From: Promethearchaeota archaeon | Lineage (GTDB): Archaea; Asgardarchaeota; Lokiarchaeia; Sigyniarchaeales; SOKP01 | Assembly (NCBI GenBank): GCA_048940925.1 | Contig: JBHLOC010000035.1 | Coordinates: forward strand, 1,922-49,755 | DNA length: 47,834 nucleotides | Direction: 5' to 3' | Shown: positions 8,789 through 17,337 of the stretch, one piece after another | How positions within the stretch are numbered: position 1 is the first letter of the stretch | How the letters are laid out: each line of letters opens with the position of its first letter | Translations under genes and position numbers: made by a program | The notes under the pieces: generated by a model | The model's database searches: none | What the model saw: the letters and a program-made list of their open reading frames with translations, nothing else | Told to the model about the DNA's origin: nothing

Positions 8789-9679
8789 TTATTTTACCAA
8801 CTTTTTTGCATTTTTCTTTAATTTTTTTTTATATTTCACAAGACATTGTTTATTTAGTAAAAGTTTGTTATAAACCACTAGTTTGATTATAGCATCTAAA
8901 ATGATGAATTTACCATATTCATCTTGAAAGAAATTATTAATTAATTTAAGAAATTTTTTTGTATATTTCTTTTTCTTATATTTTTTCTCTCTAAAGACAT
9001 TATAACGTATGGCAAGCTGTTTTATCATATTTGCTAAGGCATATTTTGAATGCTTATCGTAAAATCGAGCAATCTTATATTTATTGTAGGTTTTACACAT
9101 TAAATTCCAATTAGGAATAAATAAAAAATTAACATTTCGTATAAAAAATGAGTCAAAATGCTTTTTAAATAAGACAGGCTTTATCTTATCAGAATTTGAG
9201 AAACATAATGCATAAGGTTTAGTTGCTGTGGTTCTATCTTCATAAGAATTAATGTTTACATAATATACCCTTCCTCTGTAGATATGATGTATTCGCATTT
9301 CTGCAGGCGATATTTTTTTATCTTTTTCATGAGCAGGAATTTTAACAGAGCCAACGCAATTGCCCTGACCATATAAAATCCATAAAACATAGATGTCTTT
9401 TAAATTATAATCTTTTGTCCTTTGCGTTATTTCTTTTGAGGAAATCTGTGAATTTTGAATCTCAACTATAACTTCTTTACCAGATTTAAACTTAAAATAT
9501 ACATCTGCCCGTCTTTCCCCAAAATATTTTTCTAAGGATGCACCCACTATATCTGTATTGTGTTTTAAAACTTGCTTATATATTAGTTGTTTTATTACTT
9601 TATGAGCAAATGACTCAGATTTTGTGTCTAATTTAGAGAATAGATGGCTCATGTTTTTATAAGGATATTTGAATATCAA
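8789..9679 (-). CDS. CoiA-like PD-(D/E)xK nuclease
   Basis: ES..H..IK...EKYF..RRADV.......IVEIQNSQIS..EI..RT..Y....IYVLWI (CoiA nuclease motif); very basic C-terminus. Confidence 0.7.
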   Translation of the reverse strand: MIFKYPYKNMSHLFSKLDTKSESFAHKVIKQLIYKQVLKHNTDIVGASLEKYFGERRADVYFKFKSGKEVIVEIQNSQISSKEITQRTKDYNLKDIYVLWILYGQGNCVGSVKIPAHEKDKKISPAEMRIHHIYRGRVYYVNINSYEDRTTATKPYALCFSNSDKIKPVLFKKHFDSFFIRNVNFLFIPNWNLMCKTYNKYKIARFYDKHSKYALANMIKQLAIRYNVFREKKYKKKKYTKKFLKLINNFFQDEYGKFIILDAIIKLVVYNKLLLNKQCLVKYKKKLKKNAKKLVK

Positions 9680-9909
9680 ATAGCTGCAAATATGTTTAAA
9701 TTTAATGACAACGAGGAATTTTTGATTTATGTTCTCAGGTTTTCTTGACTTTCAACAAAACTTTTTATGAATTCACCGATTGATTACAATTTGAAAAAAA
9801 TGAGACGATTAATTAACAAACTTTTGAAAGGAAAGCTTCTTAATTGAAAAACACTATAAAGAATCAATAAAATTAAAAGATAGGAAACTATTTATTTATT
9901 AAGGATATA

Positions 9910-9930
9910 AATAATTTCGATCCTAAATAT
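9910..9930. promoter_or_regulatory. putative MarR operator, copy 1
   Basis: AATAATTTCGATCCTAAATAT, 18/21 identical to 10466-10486; ends 14 nt before the marR ATG. Confidence 0.55.
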
Positions 9931-9944
9931 TTAGTGAGAATAAA

Positions 9945-10424
9945 ATGGCTGAGAATGATTTTAATTCCCAAAATGATACATGTGTAATTTTAAATTTCAC
10001 TGAAATCTTTCAATTAATCCATATGTTAAATAAACAATATAAAAAATTACAACGTAAAGTTGTTAAAAATGAAGACCTTACACCTCCCCAGCATTCAATA
10101 TTAATGGAATTATGGAAATCTGATGGTAAGCAATTTAAAGAGTTGGCATCTGCATGTTGTTGTTCCCCCTCAACTATTACAGGCATAATTGATACCATGG
10201 AGAAAAAAGATTTAGTATATAGAGAAAACAACCCCGATGATAGACGAAGTCTTTTAGTTAAACTCACTGATAAGGGTAAAAATATAAAAGGTTCCACACC
10301 GCCAATTAAGATCATTTTAACTAACTGTTGTGAAGGTTTTACAGCTGAAGAAGCTGAACAGTTAACTTATTTATTAAAAAAATTATCTAATTCGTTTGAA
10401 TTAAGCGGTTTGGAAAAATGTTAA
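9945..10424 (+). CDS. MarR-family transcriptional regulator, Cys-rich
   Basis: LTPPQ..IL..LW..DG....ELA......STITGIIDTMEKKDLV.R...P.DRRS.LV.LTDKG; contains CCC, CC and two further Cys. Confidence 0.9.
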   Translation: MAENDFNSQNDTCVILNFTEIFQLIHMLNKQYKKLQRKVVKNEDLTPPQHSILMELWKSDGKQFKELASACCCSPSTITGIIDTMEKKDLVYRENNPDDRRSLLVKLTDKGKNIKGSTPPIKIILTNCCEGFTAEEAEQLTYLLKKLSNSFELSGLEKC

Positions 10425-10465
10425 TCATTTCTCTAGCGTTTGAAATTAGAAATTAAATACATTAC

Positions 10466-10502
10466 AATAATTCGGATCCGAAATATCCGGAACCTTTATA
10501 TA
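10466..10502 (+). promoter_or_regulatory. putative MarR operator copy 2 followed by a TATA box for arsM
   Basis: Perfect palindrome TTCGGATCCGAA at 10471-10482 inside the 21-bp repeat, then TTTATATA at 10495-10502. Confidence 0.6.
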
Positions 10503-10686
10503 CCTATATTGATTATTTATACTCAAAGGATTTTTTTTAAAATAGTCATAAAGTGTTCAAAACTAAAAAAAGAAGTCAAAAAAGCACTTTTGAATTAGAA
10601 AAAATCTGAGCAAGTAGTTGTAAATGAATCATTAAGCTATCATTTATTTTAAGAAATAAAAAAATTAAAGCAAATGTGATATAAAA

Positions 10687-11655
10687 TTGGTAGAAGAAAA
10701 AGCTCTTGAAGATGATAAGATAAGACAAGTTGTAAGAGATGCATATTCTAGAAGAGTAAATGAATCACCAATTTCGAGTTGTTGTGGATCTACATCACCT
10801 AATCAAACACCTTCTTCAAGTTGCTGTGGTTCAACGACACCTATTGATAATGCAACTTCAAATACTCCTAGTGAAAGTATATTTAGTGAAGGTATCAAAC
10901 TTCCTGTTGAGCTGAAGGAGGAATTCTTGAAAAAGTATAGCGCTCAATTAGGTTATACTGAAGATGATTTAAAAAATATTCCGGATGGAGCTAATTTAGC
11001 TTTAGGATGTGGGAATCCAACAGCACATGCTTCCATAAAAGAAGGAGAAATTGTTCTTGATCTTGGCTCTGGAGGGGGATTAGACTGTTTTATAGCTGCA
11101 AATAATGTTGGAAAGACAGGAAAAGTTATTGGTGTTGATATGACACCTGCTATGATTTCTAGAGCTCGGGAAAATGCGATAAAAGGTAATTATAAGAATG
11201 TCGAATTTAGACTTGGAGAAATAGAGAATTTACCTGTAGCTGATAATTCTGTTGATCTCATCATATCTAATTGTGTCATTAATTTATCACCCGATAAAGA
11301 ACAAGTGTTTCGCGAATCTTATCGAGTGTTAAAGCCAGGAGGAAGATTAATGGTTTCAGACATCGTACTATTAAAAGAATTGTCTGAAGTTATAAGAAAG
11401 AGCGCACAGGCATATGTAAGTTGCATTGGTGGTGCAATCCTAAAAGATAAATACTTAGAAGCGATTAAAAATGCAGGGTTTGAAGATGTAGAAATTATCG
11501 AGCAAAGTAATTTTTCTACAACTGAGTTCTTACTGAGTGATGATAAAATTCGAGAAGCATTAGGTGATCAAATTAACACAATTAAGAAATTAGAAGAATT
11601 AGATATGGATAGTACCAGTATAAAAGTGAAAGCAGTAAAACCCAGTAAATATTAA
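10687..11655 (+). CDS. arsM: arsenite S-adenosylmethionine methyltransferase
   Basis: LGCGNP, VLDLGSGGGLDC, GVDMTP.M, ISNCVINL.PDK, SCIGGA motifs with the conserved ArsM cysteines; two N-terminal SSCCG repeats. Confidence 0.92.
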   Translation: MVEEKALEDDKIRQVVRDAYSRRVNESPISSCCGSTSPNQTPSSSCCGSTTPIDNATSNTPSESIFSEGIKLPVELKEEFLKKYSAQLGYTEDDLKNIPDGANLALGCGNPTAHASIKEGEIVLDLGSGGGLDCFIAANNVGKTGKVIGVDMTPAMISRARENAIKGNYKNVEFRLGEIENLPVADNSVDLIISNCVINLSPDKEQVFRESYRVLKPGGRLMVSDIVLLKELSEVIRKSAQAYVSCIGGAILKDKYLEAIKNAGFEDVEIIEQSNFSTTEFLLSDDKIREALGDQINTIKKLEELDMDSTSIKVKAVKPSKY

Positions 11656-11773
11656 AAAAATTTAAAAAATAAAATAAATCTGATATTTTTTTACTATTTT
11701 TTTTTCTTTAGCATAAATATTAAATCTTTAATAGGATTTCATTTTTTTAATTAGACTTAGAGATGATAACAAA

Positions 11774-12142
11774 TTGGTTTTATTTACTTTTGTAGTTTGC
11801 GCAGAACCTTACAAATACGAAGCTATAGACACTCTAATTAATTTAGGTGATGCAATTATAAGAAAAGGACATCAAATTTTAGGAATATTTTTCTATGGAA
11901 CTGGAGTTATTAACATAAAAAAGCGAAATTCTACATCTGATTCTATAAGAAACTTACCAGATCGTCTTAAAAATTTTTGTAAAACACATAATGCTAAATT
12001 AGCAGCATGTAGTACTTGGATTAGTTTTACAGGGATTAAATCTGAAGAATTTATAGAAGGTTCTTGTCAGGAAGGATTAGGGGGACTTTCTGATTTAATT
12101 GCGAGATCAGATAAAATAATATTTTTTGGACCTGGAGGTTAA
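11774..12142 (+). CDS. dsrE: DsrE/TusD-like sulfurtransferase subunit
   Basis: PY...A....GH.I.GIFFYGTGV...L.AC(STW)...GLG.L.DLI..SD.II.F. Confidence 0.8.
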   Translation: MVLFTFVVCAEPYKYEAIDTLINLGDAIIRKGHQILGIFFYGTGVINIKKRNSTSDSIRNLPDRLKNFCKTHNAKLAACSTWISFTGIKSEEFIEGSCQEGLGGLSDLIARSDKIIFFGPGG

Positions 12143-12149
12143 TAGTACG

Positions 12150-12518
12150 ATGGTAAATTCTATAATAATAATTTGTGAGGATTCCCCATTTGGGAAAAAT
12201 TCTGCGGTAGAATCGATACGAATGGCTACTGGAATATTAGCAGTAGGGGATATAGAGAACTGTAAGGTCATTTTTCTACGAGATGCAATATATTTTCTTA
12301 GTAAAAGTCTTAACCCTGAAGCTTTAGGGATGGATCCGTTTACAAATATCATGAGATTAATAGAGCTTTCAGATCTGGAAATTTATGTGCATGATGAAGC
12401 GCTTGAAAGTGCTGGGTTAAAACGCTCTGATTTAATCTCTTATGATAACCTAAAGGTTGTAAACATAAAAAAAATATCCCAATTAATCTTGGAAGCTGAT
12501 ATGAGTTTTAAATATTAA
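12150..12518 (+). CDS. dsrF: DsrF/TusC-like subunit
   Basis: SPFG...A.E.IR.A....VIFLRDAIY.L...IYV..E.L...GL; ATG 12150 follows a GGAGGT SD. Confidence 0.8.
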   Translation: MVNSIIIICEDSPFGKNSAVESIRMATGILAVGDIENCKVIFLRDAIYFLSKSLNPEALGMDPFTNIMRLIELSDLEIYVHDEALESAGLKRSDLISYDNLKVVNIKKISQLILEADMSFKY

Positions 12519-12536
12519 AATTATAGGTGACCAAAT

Positions 12537-12878
12537 TTGGAAGGATATAATAATCTAATATATTTATATGGTTATAGTTCTAAGGATAATAATCTATTTG
12601 ATCATCTGTTAAAGATAATAAAGGAGCAGATCCCGAAAGGTGCAAGAATTAGTATTGTATTAATTCATGATGGAGTCATTGGAACATCAAAAAGAAGTAT
12701 GATTTCAAACTTTATAGCTGAGTTGTTAAGATTGTCGATTAATATTTATGCTATGATTCCCGATCTTAATGCTAGAGGGATAGATCCAAAAGATCTACGG
12801 AATCAAGTGATAGGAATTAGCTATGAAGATCTCGTAGATATTTTAGTTGAAGCTACGAATATAATCTCTTGGATGTAA
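12537..12878 (+). CDS. dsrH: DsrH/TusB-like subunit
   Basis: IVLIHDGV...IYAM..DL.ARGI...ISYEDLVD.......ISW. Confidence 0.82.
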   Translation: MEGYNNLIYLYGYSSKDNNLFDHLLKIIKEQIPKGARISIVLIHDGVIGTSKRSMISNFIAELLRLSINIYAMIPDLNARGIDPKDLRNQVIGISYEDLVDILVEATNIISWM

Positions 12879-12941
12879 ATTTTCCATTGGAAGATCCAAT
12901 CCTTCTTTCTCCTTTAATTTTAAAAAAAAAAGAAAAATAAT

Positions 12942-14147
12942 TCAATCTAGAGCTTGATTTATTAACTCTGTCAAATCTATCATTTTAAGATTAGATCCAA
13001 GTGCTTTTATTGCGTCGGATAAGTTTCTATAGCAGAAAGGACAGATACTCACTATATATTCTGCTCCTGTTTCTTCAGCTTCTTTAATTCTACTTTTTGA
13101 AATTTCTAATGCTAATTCTGGAAATCCTTTTTTAACACCTCCACCAGCACCACAACATTTTGCACTCTGTTTAATGGTTCTCATCTCAATTAAGTTAGCA
13201 ATCATTTTCAAGATTTTTCTAGGTTCTTCATAGAGTCCCATATGTCGCCCTGTATGACATGGATCATGGTAAGTTGTGTTCAACCCGAGATTCTTTAATT
13301 GTACATTGTTTTCTTCTAAATATCTAAGTAGAAATTCAATGGTATGGTAAACTTCAATTCCAAGATCCTCCATAAAATCAGCATAATCTTTCTTTAAAGT
13401 CCTATAGCAGCCAGCACAACTTGTTAAAATAGTTTTCACTCCACATTTCTTAAAAAGATCGTAATTTTTGGTAGCAACAGTAGTGAATGCTTTTCGATCT
13501 CCTGTTCTCATAGCAACACTTCCACAACAAACTTCATGTTCGCCAAAAACCGAAAAATCTATCTTTAATTTTTTAAGAATATTAGCAGTATTGATTGCAA
13601 CATTCTCGATATCTGGAGTTAATGCTGCAGTACATCCAACAAAATAAAGATATTCTGCTTGTTCGGTACTAGCATCTTTTACTTTAAAATCAAGCTTCTC
13701 CAACCATTTGGATTTAAGCTTATTATCTCGTTCATATGGATTAAGAAGTTCAACCATAGCCTTATTCATCGGCACATGTGCCTCTAAACCACATCCTGCC
13801 TCTACTAATTCAGCTCGTAATGCTTCATACATAGCAACATTATCCATGTTATATGCACATGCTTCTGCGCAAGTATTACATGTAGGACATTGATAAATCA
13901 CTTCTGCCATTTCTTTACTTAAATCTAATTTACCTTGCCACAAGGATCGAATAATTTGCATTTTACCCCTAGCAAAAAAAGGTTCGAATCCAGATGTATG
14001 GTCTCTGGCGACGCATACACCCCATCTTGGTGGATTACCGGTATAATCCGTCTGTTCTCTACAATCACCACAAGCTATACATTGCAATATATTAGGACCA
14101 ATTTTTGCTAAATACTTAAATTTCTCTTTTGGATTAAATTCAGTCAT
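12942..14147 (-). CDS. Fe-S oxidoreductase, GlcF/HdrD-like (2x[4Fe-4S] + two CCG domains)
   Basis: CIACGDC, CPTCNTCAEAC, YFVGC, CCG...CAGC, YHDPCH...CCGAGGG...CPFC; ATGA overlap with the upstream FAD gene. Confidence 0.9.
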   Translation of the reverse strand: MTEFNPKEKFKYLAKIGPNILQCIACGDCREQTDYTGNPPRWGVCVARDHTSGFEPFFARGKMQIIRSLWQGKLDLSKEMAEVIYQCPTCNTCAEACAYNMDNVAMYEALRAELVEAGCGLEAHVPMNKAMVELLNPYERDNKLKSKWLEKLDFKVKDASTEQAEYLYFVGCTAALTPDIENVAINTANILKKLKIDFSVFGEHEVCCGSVAMRTGDRKAFTTVATKNYDLFKKCGVKTILTSCAGCYRTLKKDYADFMEDLGIEVYHTIEFLLRYLEENNVQLKNLGLNTTYHDPCHTGRHMGLYEEPRKILKMIANLIEMRTIKQSAKCCGAGGGVKKGFPELALEISKSRIKEAEETGAEYIVSICPFCYRNLSDAIKALGSNLKMIDLTELINQALD

Positions 14148-15691
14148 TTTTCTTCCTCCTTTTCTTCATCACTCACAAAAAAATCTTTCCATTTGGTGTC
14201 ATATGTATGCAAATGGAACTTATTAGGACTTAATAAGTAATTTGGATCCACTGTTTTCTTCAGATCTCTGAAAACCTTTTCATATTCTGGTGTAAAAGCT
14301 CCTGATTCAACAATCGATTGAGAAATCGATTCTCCAAGCCAATAATGTGCTCCACCATAACGAGCTTGATGTCTTATTTTTTTATGCCATGCCTTCATAT
14401 TTTTTTCTCTCTCTTTTTCCACATTATCACCACCAAGTCCACCCAATATCACATAATTTCCATTTGGTAAGAAATACAACATTGAAGCAAAAATACCTGG
14501 ATAATTTCCAGTGGGCAATTCTTTCTGAATTTTTTTATCAAAATCAATGATTTTATGATATAAATCCCCCATCTGTGAAATTGGGACCTTATGACAAGTA
14601 GCCATTGTAATTCTTGGAGGCATTGGTGAAATCGTTGCTTGAAAAAAATGAAAAGTTCCTTCTAAATCATATCCAAATTTAGGTTCTTCTTCAAATTCGG
14701 GATTCAATAGTGAACCAGGTACTCTAACTGCATCATTTTCCATTATCTTAGTAAGCTTTTCAAGTTTTAGATTTAGTGTCTCCTCTTCCATTGCTTCAAT
14801 TGTAATCATCATTAATGGTCCCCTAATGTGAATTCTTTCACCAGTTCTCTGCCTATATTGTGCTGCTGCCATTTGAATTAATATTGTAGGTAAAACAGAA
14901 AGATCCCTTAAACCTTCATTTATTTCAAACCGTATTTTTTGTGAAAGCTTAAACACCTTGTTATAATCCTCCTTATTGAGCACATAGAAATGTGCTTGTT
15001 TAAATGGGGGATCTGGGAATAAACGTAGGGAAGCATTACACTTAATTCCCATAGTTCCAACATCACCCATAAATAATCCTGTATAGTCAGGAGAAACTCC
15101 ATAACGGCAAAAAGGTTTAGCATATTTATTTGCTGCTGATCCGGTTCTTATAACTGTTCCTTCCGGATTTGGTAAAACAACCTCAACTCCCAAACATATA
15201 TCAGGAACAAGTCCATATCTAGTTGATCCTCCACCTGCAGTAGCATTAGAAAGTCCACCCCCAATAGTTGCAGAATATCCACTTCCAGGCCCAATAATCC
15301 CTGTAGTATAACCTGTTGGATGTAAAAATGAAATCAACGCCCCCCAAGTTATTCCACACCCAATTACTATATAGTAATCGTCTTTGTTAAATTCTATCAC
15401 TTGATTCATTCGTGTAAGATCGATAAGAATTCCTCCCTCTGTTACTGAACCACCAACTAAGTCAGCACCACCACCACGTGGAACCATCTTGATTTTATAT
15501 TTATTTGCAATTTTAACAATATCAGATACTTCTTCAGTCGTCTCTGGTCTAACAATCATATCAGCCCATCGATCTGGAAACGCAGGATCTACATTTCTTG
15601 AATATGCCGCTTTCATAAAATCTTTATCAGTTATATAATCTTCTCCAACGACATTTTCAATCTCATTATATGCTTCTTTTACTTTTGAAAT
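14144..15691 (-). CDS. FAD-linked oxidoreductase (FAD_binding_4, GlcD/Dld/VAO superfamily), paralog 1; probable ATT start
   Basis: VRP.T.EEVS, PRGGG..L.GG, ATIGG, G..GT.GI, DPNYLLSPNK. The 25 codons upstream of ATG 15616 match the N-terminus of paralog 2. Confidence 0.88.
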   Translation of the reverse strand: MSKVKEAYNEIENVVGEDYITDKDFMKAAYSRNVDPAFPDRWADMIVRPETTEEVSDIVKIANKYKIKMVPRGGGADLVGGSVTEGGILIDLTRMNQVIEFNKDDYYIVIGCGITWGALISFLHPTGYTTGIIGPGSGYSATIGGGLSNATAGGGSTRYGLVPDICLGVEVVLPNPEGTVIRTGSAANKYAKPFCRYGVSPDYTGLFMGDVGTMGIKCNASLRLFPDPPFKQAHFYVLNKEDYNKVFKLSQKIRFEINEGLRDLSVLPTILIQMAAAQYRQRTGERIHIRGPLMMITIEAMEEETLNLKLEKLTKIMENDAVRVPGSLLNPEFEEEPKFGYDLEGTFHFFQATISPMPPRITMATCHKVPISQMGDLYHKIIDFDKKIQKELPTGNYPGIFASMLYFLPNGNYVILGGLGGDNVEKEREKNMKAWHKKIRHQARYGGAHYWLGESISQSIVESGAFTPEYEKVFRDLKKTVDPNYLLSPNKFHLHTYDTKWKDFFVSDEEKEEEK

Positions 15692-15969
15692 TTTAAGCCA
15701 CTTTTTTTTTGTAAAAGGATATGTTTCTTTTTTAATGTTGAATTAAATTTAATTATTATTCTTATATAGTTTCCTCTCGCTCAAGATTCTTTTTTATTGA
15801 GAGATTTATCTCCTAGTTTTCTGTTATAAAACCTTCAAGAAAAAGAAAATTCTTTAATTCAATAACTTGACTTGTTTCATAATATTTTTAGCAATAGGTA
15901 CGATATCTTATGTTTTATTATAGGATATTAGTGATGAACAAGCAAGATTAAACAAGTAAAAATCACTTG

Positions 15970-15990
15970 AAATGGGTTTATAGCCCATTT
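15970..15990 (-). terminator. short hairpin downstream of the thiolase gene
   Basis: AAATGGG-N7-CCCATTT inverted repeat 14 nt past the thiolase stop. Confidence 0.35.
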
Positions 15991-16004
15991 AATATTTTTA
16001 AGAA

Positions 16005-17261
16005 TTATATCTTTTCTAATATATGAACACACAAAGCTGCAGGTCCAGAACCGATAGTTCCTCCACCATTCTCAGCTAATGCAAATCTAGGATTATAAAC
16101 TTGTCTCTTGTCTGCTTCACCACGTAATTGAGTTACTAGCTCATAGATTTGCGCTAAACCAGAAGCACCTAGTGGGTGCCCACGAGATAACAAACCTCCA
16201 CTTGGATTAACCGGAATTTTACCCCCGAGCTCTGTTTCCCCACTCTCGGAAAATGGTCCTCCTTTTCCTAGGGCGCAAAATCCCATCTGTTCAATCTGTT
16301 CAAGCTCTCCATAAGCAGTAGCGTCATGAACTTCAGCAACATTAATATCTTTTGGGCTAAGACCTGCCATTTTATAAGCTGCTGTAGAAGCTCGTTCAGA
16401 AATATTGTCTCTTTGCCATGATCCTGACTTTAAAACCGAAGCCCGAACTAGAATAGCTTTGTCATTTGAATGTTCTTTTAAGAATTTTTCGGAGCAAAGA
16501 ACTGCTGCAGCAGCTCCATCTCCTACAGGAGCGCACATTGCTCTGGTTAATGGATATGCAACTTCATAATCTTCCATGACTTGATCTACCGTCATAGGGA
16601 AGGTATATTGAGCAAGTGGATTCATAGTCGAGTTATTATGATTTTTAGCAGCAATTACTGCTAATTGACGTTGCGTAGTTCCATATGATTTCATATGAGC
16701 TCTTGCCCCCATCGCGTAAAAATCCATGAAGACTGAATGATCCCCTTTCTTTCTTTTATCATCTTCACTCTCTTGACTTTTGGCTTGTAATTCTTTTTGC
16801 TTTCGAGCCATTTTTTGCATTTGTTCAATCATTGCTCTCGTTCTTTCTACATCTGTATAAGCCATGAATCCTCTCATCATTGCTGCTCTATCTTCTTGGT
16901 ACACTTTTTCAGCTCCTAAGGCTAATGTACAATCAAACAATCCAGCTTTTATAGCTGTCCATGCTCCGTTAAATGCTGTACTACCACTAGCGCATGCATT
17001 TTCTACATTTGTAATAGGAACTTTATCAACTCCATTTGGCGTAAGTGCTACTTGTCCTCGAATGCTGTGCTGAAAATCTGTCATTCCCCAACAGGTATTA
17101 GAAAACCAAGCAGCTTCAATATTATTCAAGTCAAAATCACTGTCAGCTTGAAGTGATTTAAGTGCCTCTCCTGTTAAATCTTTGATACTCTTATCAAGAA
17201 ATTTGCCAAACTTGGTCATTCCAACACTAAATACATAAACTTTGTCACTCAAAATTCTCAA
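16005..17261 (-). CDS. thiolase family protein (SCP-x/archaeal type)
   Basis: ENACASGS catalytic Cys, DGAAAAVL, EVHDA, NPSGGLLSRGHPLGASG. Confidence 0.92.
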   Translation of the reverse strand: MRILSDKVYVFSVGMTKFGKFLDKSIKDLTGEALKSLQADSDFDLNNIEAAWFSNTCWGMTDFQHSIRGQVALTPNGVDKVPITNVENACASGSTAFNGAWTAIKAGLFDCTLALGAEKVYQEDRAAMMRGFMAYTDVERTRAMIEQMQKMARKQKELQAKSQESEDDKRKKGDHSVFMDFYAMGARAHMKSYGTTQRQLAVIAAKNHNNSTMNPLAQYTFPMTVDQVMEDYEVAYPLTRAMCAPVGDGAAAAVLCSEKFLKEHSNDKAILVRASVLKSGSWQRDNISERASTAAYKMAGLSPKDINVAEVHDATAYGELEQIEQMGFCALGKGGPFSESGETELGGKIPVNPSGGLLSRGHPLGASGLAQIYELVTQLRGEADKRQVYNPRFALAENGGGTIGSGPAALCVHILEKI

Positions 17262-17337
17262 ATTTTTTAGTTTATTACTTAATTAACCAATCAAATAATG
17301 CAAATAAAAAAAATTTAATGAGATAGATTATAATTGA

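Noticed and set aside
11774-14147. dsrEFH + HdrD-like gene as evidence of dissimilatory sulfur metabolism
   Set aside because: No dsrAB/dsrC/dsrMK; the CCG protein is on the opposite strand and translationally coupled to a GlcD-like FAD enzyme
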